Source: Octopus sinensis
Lineage: Eukaryota
DNA: 46,919 nt
Direction of reading: 5' to 3'
Assembly (NCBI RefSeq): GCF_006345805.1
Contig: NW_021835173.1
Location: 1 to 46,919 of the forward strand
The notes below the pieces were generated by a model. The model had not been told where the DNA came from and searched no databases. It saw nothing but the letters and a program-made list of their open reading frames with translations. The position numbers and the translations under genes are program-made. Positions 1 to 28,209 of this stretch are shown one piece after another (position 1 is the first letter of the stretch; each line of letters starts with the position of its first letter).

Positions 1-200
1 GGTAGTAAGAAATAGGTATTTCATCTGTCTTTACGTCCTGAGTTCAAATTCCGCGAGGTCGACTTTACTTTTCATCCTTTCGGGGTCGATAAATAAAAGT
101 ACCAGTTACACACTGGGGTTGATGTAATCAACTTAATCCCTTTGTCTGTCCTTGTTTGTCTCCTCTATGTTTAGCCCCTTGTGGGCAATAAAGAAATAAG
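1..200 (+). mobile_element. SINE-like interspersed repeat, family A body (5'-truncated by window edge)
   Basis: Motif GTTCAAATTCC..GAGGTCGACTTT..TTTCATCCTTTCGGGGTCGATAAAT recurs at 3640-4015, 5690-5870, 7890-8090, 10590-10990, 27350-27495 and 33265-33420. Coordinates approximate. Confidence 0.75.
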
Positions 201-779
201 GAAATATCTTGGTTAGTGGCTGGGTGCACAGTAGGGCTGGCGGGAATGTGGGGCCCGTAGCTATTGCCATATCATCTTTCTAGGAGAGAGACGCTCTGAT
301 ATAAAACTTGCGGTTTCACGTGATTACTGGTCATTCTTTGGTCAGTCGCTTGGTACTAATCACAGAGTCCCAGAGAGTGGTACTCGTGTTGTACAAGCGT
401 TTGTCACTATAACCGAATGATGTGCAGATGTCTGTTTAATTATGATCACATTTGTTATTCCATCCACTTAAAGTCTTAAGGAGATGCATGAATGGCGGAG
501 TATGCAGACCTTACCAGTTGGAAGCACACAGAAAGCTATAACTTTCGTCAGTCATCCGTACTTCAAACCATACAGACCGGCTGCGGAACTGAATAGTTAT
601 CCGAGAGGTCATGGACAGAACGTCAGAAATGTCAATGACACGGAGGAAGCACAAGGAGACAGCAATTATCTGTGAAGATGAAGCAGTCACCAAAACACGC
701 GCGCGCGCACACACACAATGCGTACGTGTGTATACATACATGAGTGTGTTCACGTATATATTTATGTATTTATACACGT

Positions 780-1470
780 ACGTATGTATGAATGTATTTA
801 TGTATGCATGTATGCATGTATATATATATATATATATATATAAAACCATTATTATGCAAGTCAAACAGTGATAGTCATAAACCAAAACATAAATAACAAA
901 TAATATATATTTTTATACACATACACACATACATACATACATACATACACACATACATACACACATACATACACACATACACACATACATACATATATAC
1001 ATATATACATACATATATACATACATACATACATACATATATACATATATACATACATACATACATACATATATACATATATACATATATACATATATAC
1101 ATACATACACACATACATACATACATACATACATACATACATACATACATACATACATGCATGCATACATACATACATACATACATACATACAAACGTAC
1201 ATACATACATACATACATACATACGTACATACATACATACATACATGCATACATAATACATGCATACATACATAATACATACATGCATACATACATAAAT
1301 GCATACATACATACATACATACATACATACATACATAATACATGCATACATACATCTAATACATACATACATATATACATACACACACACACACACCACA
1401 CACCACACACATATATATATCTATGATTATATTATATATATATGTATATTATATATATATATATATATAT
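780..1470. repeat. Compound microsatellite (TATG)/(TA)n/(TACA)n/(CA)n
   Basis: Directly visible; source of the spurious MYVC/HTYI ORFs. Confidence 0.95.
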
Positions 1471-1489
1471 CTATAAATAATGAAAGAAT

Positions 1490-2406
1490 GGAGTGCGAAT
1501 GTCGATTTAACAAAATTCCTTTATTAAGGATTGCATTCTCTAACACTTAGAAATCTATCGCAAATTATTGCCTCCCATAATAAACAAGCTGCAAACAAGG
1601 ATTCTTCACCCGGGAGTTACAACACTATTCTTACCAATTCCAACCAACTACAATAATAAATGAAATAGTTTGATAATAGCAACCTCATAACAGCGTTGGC
1701 ATTAACAGTCGTTGGTCAATAAACAGTTAGTAAAAGTAATAATAATAATAATAGTTTTGGTAACATTAAATAATAGGATTTTAAAGTGGTAGTGTTAGTG
1801 GTAACAACGACAACATTTCTAATAACAGTGGTAGTATTGATGATAACAACGGCAGCATTTCTATAGTCAGGGATATTACCGGCGATAGTACAATTAATAA
1901 TAATAATAACAATAATACAAATAGTATAGTGGTCAGTGCTAGCAGTTATATTAACAGCAACCATAACAATAAAAACTCCGTCTTAGTCTCGGAGGTAAAC
2001 TCTAACAGATTAAAGTTCTTGTCCAGTAATTCCAAAATTAGAAATTCCGTTTACCAGTGTAAGGTTTCTTCCGGTACCGGTGTCTTCTTCTATGTTGGGG
2101 CGACTACTTCTAAATTATCCCAGAGGTTTCCAATCATTATTCAACTTTCCGAGATAAGAGAGGAAACAACAAAGTACAGGACTAAGTAAATTAGTTTGGC
2201 TTAAGGACAGCAATATAACTTTCAAGCTGGAATGGTCCATATCGTCTGTATCCTTTCCTTTTGATAAGGGCAGAAAATATTGTGCCGTCTGTAATTCCGA
2301 GCTTTTCTATATACTTTTCGCCAAATTCCCTTTAGTAAACACAATGGTAGAAAAATCCTATAGGTGCATGCACTGGCAGAAACACACCTTCCACTCATAT
2401 GAATGA
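1490..2406 (+). mobile_element. Penelope-like element remnant: RT C-terminal linker, N/S-rich spacer and GIY-YIG endonuclease
   Basis: Frameshifted translation reads FNK..LRIAFSNT/RNLSQIIASHNK (PLE 'SYS..PN..II..HNK' motif), then NSVYQCKV..FYVGATTSKLSQRF/NHYSTFR/STGLSKLVW/LKDSNITFKLEWSI..PFDKGRKYCAVCNSELFYILF..LVN..CMHWQK, stop 2404-2406. Confidence 0.75.
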
Positions 2407-2960
2407 TGATTAATATAGATAACCTCCTTGAATTTAATAATTTGGTTCCAATTCTACAACACCATAGACAAATTTTTTATACTCCGTTACTTGAAAGCCT
2501 ACTACCAAATTCGTTAGGGTATGTTTCTACCTTTGTCTCTCTACCTCTCCCCCCTCTCTCTCCATCTCTCTATCGTAAGCACAATCAAACACACAGACAC
2601 AAACCTGTCACTTCACCACTAGATGTATTTGGCATTTATCCCCCCACACAAACAATCACGCACACACATACACACACATAGACACGAATGCAGTTACATA
2701 CATACACACACATATGCACTCAATCTCATTGGCAAAAGCAAACAACAACGCATCACCATACATACGACTTGCACTCTGTCACCCCCCTATTCTTAGAACT
2801 TTCCCCTTCCAACCATTTTTGAACTCTTTAGAATCTTCTCCATCCAACCAATTTTGACGTCACTGCTTATAACGGAATATTTTAAAGAAACACTCATTAT
2901 CACTATGGACTCCGTGTGGGCAGTCATCAAAAGTTTTTGTTCGTCATGATGCTGACATAA

Positions 2961-3059
2961 GTTCCTGTCTCTTCCTGATGAGAAGGCGGCATAATGCACC
3001 TTATTCCTTCGGAATTAAGAATATGCAGTCTTCGAAACATATGTCGAGAATAAAGGAAT
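2961..3059 (+). ncRNA. Putative type-I hammerhead ribozyme (intact catalytic core) in PLE 3' region
   Basis: CUGAUGA 2975-2981; stem II GAAGGC/GUCUUC (2982-2987/3028-3033) plus GCAUA/UAUGC; GAAA 3034-3037; palindromic stem III ACAUAUGU 3037-3044; GUC cleavage triplet 3043-3045. Stem I 2961-2974/3046-3059 pairs at 11 of 14 positions in one register. AATAAA at 3049-3054. Confidence 0.65.
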
Positions 3060-3250
3060 TTGTTAAATCGTCATTCGACTCCATTCTTTCATTTATCTAT
3101 AGTAAAAAAACACAAATTTCCACACGTAAGCACGTGATTTCTGCCCTTGGCATGTAGCTTCAACCGTGCTTTCTGACGTAAATTGCTACCCGGGTATCGG
3201 TTAACCGAATTATCCATACTAGGATAATTCATTCAACTACTTAAACACAC

Positions 3251-3309
<59 letters not shown>

Positions 3310-3629
3310 AATATATATATATATTATAAACTGTACTGGGGAGAAGAAGAGAAACAAAACGAAACGGAACGAATCGAAAGGTTCGTTCCATGCTTGTTTT
3401 TACGTTTTCGTTCTCGTTGAGTTCTGCGTCTATTTGTGGTGTCCTGTACTCACGTATATATATTTATATATGTATGTATATATACATGTAGATGTAGGTA
3501 GGTACATATATGTATGTATGTATGCATATATTTTATTTATTACACTATATATATAATATATATATATATATATAATGTTTGTGAATGAACGCACAGTGAC
3601 CTTAACACTTCAAAATATTCTTTTCTACT

Positions 3630-4015
3630 CTAGGCACATGGCCCGAAATTTTTGGGGAGCGGGCCAGTCGATTAGATCGACCCTAGTGCGCAACTGGTAC
3701 ATACTTAATCGACCCCGAAAGGATGAAAGGCAAAGTCGTCCTCGGCGAAATTTGAAGTCCGAGCATAAAGAGACAAAATACCTATTTGTTTACTACCCAC
3801 AAGGGGCTAAACATAGAGTGGACAAACAAAGACAGACAAAGGAATTAAGTCGATTATATCGACTCCAGTGCGTAACTTGTACTTATTTAATCGACCCCGA
3901 AAGGATGAAAGGCAAAGTCGACCTCGGCGTAATTTGAACTCAGAACGTAGCGGCAGACGAAATACTGCTAAGCATTTCGCCCGGCGTGCTAACGATTCTG
4001 CCAGCTCGCCGCCTT
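3630..4015 (-). mobile_element. SINE family A with internally duplicated body
   Basis: Reverse complement of the family A head (GGCGGCGAGCTGGCAGAATCGTTAGCACGCCGGGCGAAATGC) plus two tandem body units. Confidence 0.75.
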
Positions 4016-4319
4016 AACACTTCAAAATATTTAGTGACGTCTACTGCATGAAAACTTGTGTGTGTTTAAGTATACATATGCATTTGTGGTGAAGGCGAAT
4101 GGCCTAGTGGTGGTGATTGTTTAGCGTGTTGGGTTCACGATCGTGGGTTTAATTCAGAGACCAGGCGGTGCGTTGTGATTTACAATAAGGGATTTCGTTT
4201 TATTCTGCACAAGCACATTCTGTTGGAAATGAATATCTGTGGCGTTTGGCAATTGACTCTGGGACAAATAGTTAAACCTTTCAGGCGAGAACCTTGTGTC
4301 TCCAGCCTTGAAAATCCGA

Positions 4320-4515
4320 TGTGAATGTGCGTATGTGTGCGTGTGTGCGTGCGTGTGTGTGTGCATGCGTGTATGTGTGTGTGCATGCGTGTGTGTATGT
4401 GTGCGTGCGTGTATGTGTGTGTGTGTTCGTGCGCGCGCTTGTGTGCGTGCGTGCGTGCGTGTGTGTGTGTGTCTGTGTGTGTGTTTATGTGTGTGTGTGT
4501 GAGTGCATGCATGCA
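4320..4515. repeat. (TG)n/(TGCG)n microsatellite
   Basis: Directly visible. Confidence 0.95.
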
Positions 4516-4639
4516 AGTGATGCTGGTTAGTTGGGTGGAGATGTTGGTGTATGCAATTCTTAGGTGGGCATTGTGAAAGATTGGTGCTTGCTGTTGGTCG
4601 TGCAGCGGGGTCGGGTACGCACCGTAGCATGATTCCTGA

Positions 4640-5442
4640 CAGAACGATTGGGACCTGTGTCTGAACGTGTCAAAGTGCTGTCATCTGCCTGTTGGCTCTC
4701 CTCCTGCAACTCAACTTGATTTCGAGCCGGGTCGTCTGCTGCTGGAGAGGACCGATCAGGTAAAGGACCTGGGTATCTTGGTGGATTCCTCCTTTTCGCC
4801 TTCGGCCCAGTGCGTCCATGCTGCCAACAAAGCACGCGGAATTCTGTTCTTGATTCGACGGTCATTCGGAATGCTCACAGCAGCCATATTCCTACCACTC
4901 TATGTCACGCTGGTGAGACCCATATTGGAGTATGGGATTCAAGCCTCTTCTCCTTATCTCCTCAAAGACATACAGCATCTCGAAGAGTCCAGAAGCTGGC
5001 TACCCGCATGGTTCATGGTCTCAAAAATTTGTCCTACGAAGAAAGGCTGAGGACGCTCGACCTTTATTCTCTTGAAAAACGCCGCCGCCGTGGTGATCTC
5101 ATTCTCGCCCACAACATCATAAGCGGAAAGTGTAACCTCTTGAAAGAGCTGTTCTTCACTCCTGCTCCAGAGCGTCGGCTGCGGGGTCATTCCGAAAAGC
5201 TCTACCTGCGACGATTTCATCTCAATCGAAGGAGAGGAGCTTTCTCCGTCCGGGTTGCGGATCCGTGGAACAAACTGCCAGACGAGATGGTGAAGATGCC
5301 GACGACAGCTTTGTTCAAAGCCTCCCTGGACCTCAAGTGGCCTGAACTCTTTACATGAACACCACCCTGTACTTAACTCCATGTCCCCCTACATGGCCTT
5401 GCTATTTGCTTTTGAGCCAAATTAACTAACTAACTAACTAAG
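4640..5442 (+). mobile_element. 5'-truncated CR1-clade LINE (RT C-terminus, 3' UTR, (TAAC)n tail)
   Basis: WDLCLNVSKCCHL..VKDLGILVDSSFSP..LYVTLVRPILEY..LE/RVQKLATRMV.GL..LSYEERL..L.LYSLEKRRRRGDLI..RLRGHSEKL..FSVRV..PWNKLP..FKASLD. One frameshift near 4985, stop at 5356-5358, TAACTAACTAAC tail. Confidence 0.9.
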
Positions 5443-5643
5443 AACAGTTCACGACAACATCCACCACATGTGGTACAATTCAAGGAAGGTCAGTAATAAA
5501 ACCTGATTTCCGAGGGAGTTCTCATTCTGTGGGATCAATCTAGAGCTTTGGTTCAATCATCATTAAGTTGATGGCAGCCCTCAATATAACCTGTTGCGAT
5601 CTCATTTTCAAAGGCTAGATAGTTTTATAGATCAGATTTGATG

Positions 5644-5945
5644 GCTTCTTTCAGTTTCCCTGTACCAAATCCACTCACAAGACCTTGATCGGCCTGGGTA
5701 TTTCGTCTATCTTTACGTTCGGAGTTCAAATTCCGTCGAGAACGACTTTGCCTTTCATCTTTTCGGGGTCGAAAATTAAGTACCAGTTGCGCACTAGGGT
5801 CGATCTAATCGGCTGGCCCGCTCCCCAAAAATTTCGGGCCTTGTGTCTAGAGTAGAGAAGAATATTTTGAAGATGCCACGCAATGGGTTGAACCCAGGAC
5901 CACATGGTTGGGAAGCAAGCTTCTTAACCACACAGCCACAGCTTC
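5644..5945. mobile_element. SINE family B (- strand) interrupted by a family A body (+ strand)
   Basis: Family B segments CTTCTTTCAGTTTCC..CCAAATCCACTCACAAG (5644-5697) and GATGCCACGCAATGGG..ACCACACAGCCAC (5871-5940) flank a family A body. Confidence 0.65.
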
Positions 5946-5955
5946 ACCTATATAG

Positions 5956-6022
5956 CCACGCCTGCGCCTTTATGGCCACGCCTGCGCCTTTATGGCCACG
6001 CCTGCGCCTTTATGGCCACACC
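5956..6022. repeat. 20-bp minisatellite (CCACGCCTGCGCCTTTATGG)x3 plus partial
   Basis: Exact units at 5956, 5976 and 5996. Confidence 0.95.
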
Positions 6023-6090
6023 TTTGCCAATATATCCACGCCTACACGGATACGTTGATAGATAGATAGATAGATAAATACATACATACA

Positions 6091-6124
<34 letters not shown>

Positions 6125-7310
6125 CATGCATGCATAAATACACGTGTGTGTGTGTGTGTGTGTGTGCGTGTGTGCGTGCGTTTTACAGAAAAAAACCTGT
6201 TTTCCCAGTGTTATTCAGTATTAAATGCATTGAAGAAGACAACTTGATTTTAAGATAAGTTTCTCACGGTTGAGTCACTGTTTTATATCTCAAGCCACAG
6301 GTATGTCTGACCTGATTTATTTGTTAGATTCAGTATATCTGGAAGGAGAATCCTATGTACTAGATAACCATCTGAAAACTTGGCGGTTTGTACCTCCTCA
6401 CGGGTATTGATACGTGTCGTTGGATCCAGGTACCCAATTCTAGAATTTGAAACTACTTCTATCCCACGTGTCCATGTTATCTTTTAGGATATATTTCTTG
6501 TAATTTTCAGCAATTTATTTGATAACTGCAGCTTATTTTCATGCTGTTTGGTCTCGGGTCGTTCCAGTTTTTCAGCCGTTACCACAATATCTAACATTTG
6601 ATCATGTAACCCTAAAGTTTCTAGGCCTACACTACTCAATATGCCCGTTTCTAAGATGACAGCCGTTGCCTGACGTGAAAGAAATTTGGCTAGTATATCT
6701 TGCAGGGTAAGCGATCAAGTACAGGCTACACCCGTGGTTAGTTTATTTTTCAAGTAACTAGATACGTCTTACATACAAAACAGCTGTCCAGCATAAATCC
6801 ACGTGTTCACAATATCGGGCGTTGAACGAGTGAGGGTAGGACAGTTTCATCGTCCTGCTCATATTTCAGACAGATTCACCTGAACATAGTACAGTGACTG
6901 CGGAGTTTAAACCAAGTTAATAATGTTACATCCTATCCGTACAGGCTACACACCGTGATTCGTCTCTCTGAGCTTCAGTGAGCCAATATTTCAGTTACAC
7001 CAGGCTCGTACCTAGTTGAAAACTACATTGCATGTAGGAGAGTGCAGTGCAGTTTGCGACTAGGTACGAATAGAATGCAACACGGCAATCTGGATATATC
7101 ATATTATTTTCTCCACTGTCTAATCTGATCATCTTTGGTTGTAGATTCGTGGTCATATCCGAAGATTCAGTTGGAAACCAGCAGTTGTTTTGCACTTGGC
7201 ATTAATTTGGCTAAAAAAATTATTGCATTGGTCTGTATGTTTGTCTAAACTTAGAGGATAATGTTCTTAGGGTGTTGGTGTAAAAGTGTCCTAGAGTGCG
7301 AGAAACCTGC

Positions 7311-7780
7311 ACATACATACATACATACATACATACATACATACATACATACATACATACATACATACATACATACATACGTACATGCATACAAACATAC
7401 GTATATACATGCATACATACATACATACGTACGTACGTACATACATACATACATACATACATACACACATACATACATACATACATACATACATACATAC
7501 ATACATACATACATACATGCATACATACATACATACATACATGCATGCATGCATGCATACATACATACATACATACATACATGCATACATACATACACAC
7601 ATGCATACATACATACAAGCAAACATACATACATACATTCATACATACATACATACATATATACAATCATACATACATACATACGTACGTACGTACATAC
7701 ATACATACATACATACATACATACATACATACATACATACATACATACGTACATACATACATACGTACATACATACATAC
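7311..7780. repeat. (TACA)n microsatellite
   Basis: Directly visible. Confidence 0.95.
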
Positions 7781-7889
7781 TCCGAACAATTTGAACAGGT
7801 GTATGCCATTGTACGGCAAAATACCTGGCATTGCTTAACAGAAAGCGATTTTATCTGCAGTAAAACAACGCAAGAACTCATAACTATTT

Positions 7890-8090
7890 CTTTACTACCC
7901 ACCAGGGGCTACCCACAAGGGGCTAAACACAGTGGGGACAAACGGATTAAGTCGATTACATTGACCCCAGTGCGTAACTGATACTTAATTTATCGACCTC
8001 GAAAGGATGAAATGCAAAGTCGACCTCGGCGGAATTTGAACTCAGAACGTAACGGCCGATGAAATACGGCTACGCATTTCGCCCGGCGCA
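7890..8090 (-). mobile_element. SINE family A
   Basis: Reverse complement of the family A body and part of its head. Confidence 0.7.
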
Positions 8091-8099
8091 GCAAGAGCT

Positions 8100-8470
8100 C
8101 ATACCGCTCGAACGACCCAGAGTAAACTCCAGGAATTTGAGGGAATCGAACTGGTGCCACGCCCAGTATATAGTCTGAACTCAGCTCCCTCGGATTATTA
8201 TTGTTCTGATACATGGTCCTACTTCCTGCGCTTGCGATGCTTCATCAACAGAGAGGAGGTGGAAACCCCAGTGAAGTTCTTCACCTCGAAGGACAAGAAC
8301 TGGTATCAGCGTTCGATCGAAGAACTGACAGAAAAGTGGCATCAGACGCTGCAACACAATGGATTCTACTTCGAAAATTAGGCAGCTTTTGTTGTAAATC
8401 GACGAATAAAACAAATAAGTTACAAAATATTGTTTTGGATTCAATACAATATTTTTATAGCGATCTAATT
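8100..8470 (+). mobile_element. Mariner transposase 3' fragment (degenerate)
   Basis: PRPVYSLNSAPSDY (YSPDLAPSDY motif)..FFTSKDKNWYQRSIEELTEKWHQTLQHNGFYFEN*, a typical mariner C-terminus. Right boundary approximate. Confidence 0.8.
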
Positions 8471-8704
8471 AAATACATATAATGTGCTGTTATCAGTAAT
8501 GCAAACATAAGCATTAGTTAACTTAAGGTTATTATCGGGTTGGGTACAGCTGTAACATAATATATGCATTACTAAAGATAACCTTTTTAATAGACGTGTA
8601 AAATTACATTCTGGAGTTTAACGGCATTTGTTTAAGAAACCTTGGTTGAGAAAAACATAATCAGTTGTACTTAAGACAACATTATTGCAACAATAACCGC
8701 TACT

Positions 8705-25502
<16,798 letters not shown>

Positions 25503-25843
25503 TATACTTTGGACAGCAAGAAGATATCTTTTGGAAAGTAGGGGAAAATTTTCTTCGTAGAATACTGGCAGATCCGCGATAGTAAATTATAGTATTTCTC
25601 TATGCTTTCACTCATAGTAGTTCTCCAACAATATTATTAGATAGACACACATGGTAATATATGTATGCTGGTATATCAATAGGAATATCTGCGGATATGC
25701 ACCGTGACATATAGAGAATAGAAATAGACAAACTTTCGAGAAATATGGTGGACAAAATGTCTTCCTTTCCCTTCGTAATTTCCTTGAGTTACAGTTTTCT
25801 TTAAGTTGCTAATTCATGTACACTCCTTCGTATAATTCACGCA

Positions 25844-25849
25844 AATAAA
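25844..25849 (+). terminator. Candidate polyadenylation signal of copy A
   Basis: First AATAAA noticed downstream of the stop (~340 nt); conserved in copy B at 35297-35302 (-). Not experimentally supported. Confidence 0.4.
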
Positions 25850-26229
25850 ACTATAAGATAAATTATCATTTCGTTATTGCATTGGCTTTGCGAGATTCTT
25901 TTTGTGATTTCGTGTGTTGATAGAAATTTTGTTGTGTCCAGGGAGAGACATTATGCAAGGAGTAATAACACACATACTGGCTCGATTCCGGTCCTTTTTT
26001 ATTAGTCAATTGGTTAGAAATCCAACTAACTAATAGATTGTTTGTTTAACTTGGTTAAACAGTCAATCGTCTGTTTTGCTTTTGTTTGTTTGTTTGTTTT
26101 TGTTTTTTTGTCAAAGATCTTTCGTTGCTAATTGCAAAATATTCGATGAATATTTTTAGTCTTTTATGGAAGCTGCGTTTGTCTGAGACATTGTTGCGCG
26201 CCAATGTGCGCGTGAGCTTGAGTGCTTCT

Positions 26230-26254
26230 GTATGCATGTACGTATGTATGTACG

Positions 26255-26290
<36 letters not shown>

Positions 26291-26332
26291 TGTATGTATG
26301 TATGTATGTATGTATGTATGTATGTATGTATG

Positions 26333-26366
<34 letters not shown>

Positions 26367-26377
26367 CGTACGTATGC

Positions 26378-26410
<33 letters not shown>

Positions 26411-26500
26411 TGTATGCATGCATGCATGCATGTATGTATGTATGTATGTATGCATGTATGTATTCTGTATGCATGCATGCATGTACGATATACGTATGTA
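26230..26500. repeat. (TATG)n microsatellite
   Basis: Directly visible; counterpart (CATA)n at ~34650-35000. Confidence 0.95.
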
Positions 26501-26501
26501 T

Positions 26502-27195
26502 TGCAGAATTTTTAGAAAAGTTGCACGTTTGAGATTCTTTCATTGAAAGATTTAGAGGGAGCTTGGACAAGGAATGAGCAGTTCTTCCAGCAATGTGGAA
26601 GGTAGCTCTAATACCAGAAGATGCAACGTTGAAAGGTTAGATTTTATTTCCTCCCATTTAGTGAAAGTGACAAAAAGATATGGTTTTCCATATGTCCTGA
26701 CATGTCACAGCATATTGTGGTCGTTCGGGTATATATCGAGGGCCACCTGTAAATGATGATGGGGTGGATAATAAGTTGCCCCATGTTTTGAATGTCACCA
26801 TCTGTCCCCAGAGCATCTTGGAGATGAACATACGTTTTAGCCCTTACCTTTTTTTAATCGTTGCGAATGTAGAGGAGAAACTGGCTCTCCAATTTAGGTA
26901 CTGCTGAAATAGATTACGATACATACTTAGTTGATTTGATTGTTCTGGTCTTAACATCAGTTAGTTAGAATAGAAGTCATTTGACGACACCCTTTTGTTT
27001 GTAATTGGCTCACCTGTCGCAGGTTCAATCCGAGGAATATTGAAATTAAACCCACTTGTCCATTCCACAGAATAAGAGGATACTGGAGAGCATCATAAGC
27101 AGGATGAGTCTCTGGAACACGTTTAAGCTTGTTATCTCGAGCACGAGTGAGAAAATCACGATTTTCATGGGGACCATCTACCATGGCGATGGCTA
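26502..27195 (-). mobile_element. Degenerate Helitron (Rep fragments fused to PIF1-helicase start)
   Basis: RDFLTRARDNKLKRVPETHPAYDALQYPL; YRNLFQQY; YVHLQDAL..SFTGGPRY; YGKPYLFVTFTKWEEIKSNL; ASSGI..AGRTAHSLSKLPL. Confidence 0.85.
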
Positions 27196-27349
27196 TTTTA
27201 TTAGAAATGGACTCATTAAAACGCCGTAAAACGCCCTTTGCTATAGTTTACTATAAACGTAACAAACGCGGAAACCAGCACAAACTCACAGACACATAGG
27301 CACTCATCGAATTGATAATATTGAAATCAGCAAATTTCACTCGTCGCTC

Positions 27350-27495
27350 CGTTCTGGGTTCAAAATCCGTTGACTTTGCCTTTCATCATTTCGGGGTCGA
27401 TAAGTTAAGTACCAGTTGCGTACTAGGGTCGATCTAATCGATTGCCCCCACTCCCCCAAAATGTCGGGCCTTTTGCCTAGAGTAGAAAAGAAAGA
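27350..27495 (+). mobile_element. SINE family A body
   Basis: Family A motif; orthologous copy at 33265-33420 (-). Confidence 0.7.
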
Positions 27496-28209
27496 AGAAT
27501 ATTGAAAACAGTAAAACGGACACACACAGAGTTCAAGCGAAACGAAATGTAATCAATATAGGTCCAAAACATACATTTTGTGTAGCATAGTTATGCTATA
27601 AAAGGTTTTTTAAAGGAATATTTCCAAAAGAAATATTCCATCGTCGGAATGTCACCAATCTAGCAAAAATTATTGTGCGTCACCAATGTAACAAAGTGCA
27701 GAGAGTCAACATTTATTTGGAACATGAACTAAATAAAAGGATTGAAAATGGAGATTTCGGAAATAAACCTAGCACTGGAAAAAAAATAAATAACAAAACG
27801 GGAGAAAACTCAACCTTACAACAGGATACGAACAATTACCGAACTCGACGAATCAACGTAAAACTGTAAATGAAATGGAAAATGAAAAATGTATAAAAAG
27901 AGAAAATTCTAAGTATGGAAACATTGAACAATGTGCGCATCCGAAATAAAAGCAAAAAACAAATTATGTCAGTAGTTAGACAGCTTTGCGATTTACCTAC
28001 GAATCAGTTGGTATGAAAAGCAACTGTGATTGTTTGATTACTACAAACGTTCGATTCCAACGCAAAACAATATTATCAATACTAAGCAAAGATAAAATAG
28101 AAACAGATATGGCATTAACAGCAAGAAAGAGAAGGCTTTGAGGAGAGACAGTGTGTGGAAAGCATCCAGTCCCCGCATACTAGACAAATCTCACGACCAA
28201 CTATATATG

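Noticed and set aside
545-551. CUGACGA on the minus strand; similar CUGANGA boxes at ~15757, ~19676, ~33915 and ~45419
   Set aside because: No correctly placed stem II-GAAA-stem III-NUH; several lie within transposase or helicase codons. Chance 7-mers.
200-700. GC-balanced unique stretch with short ORFs (484-675, 611-871)
   Set aside because: No recognisable motif or convincing splice structure; cannot support a call.
861-1550. ORFs such as (MYVC)n, (HTYI)n, (YI)n and (CV)n here and at 4154-4576, 7220-7981, 11446-12153, 26055-26570, 28272-30019, 30475-30944, 31546-32388, 34044-35111
   Set aside because: Translations of (TACA)n, (TA)n, (CA)n and (GATA)n microsatellites, which lack stop codons in several frames; not genes.
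4088-4176. tRNA-like A/B-box heads here and at 3960-4015, 10561-10680, 32400-32486, 46510-46573
   Set aside because: Degenerate heads of SINE-like repeats; no complete cloverleaf, so no tRNA gene is called.
5956-6022. Possible CRISPR-like array (also 17511-19112 and 19397-19445)
   Set aside because: Contiguous tandem repeats without unique spacers in eukaryotic DNA; no cas genes.
8480-8704. Promoter or TATA box of P450 copy A
   Set aside because: AT-rich sequence gives many weak TATA-like words and none is distinguishable; a non-coding first exon cannot be excluded.
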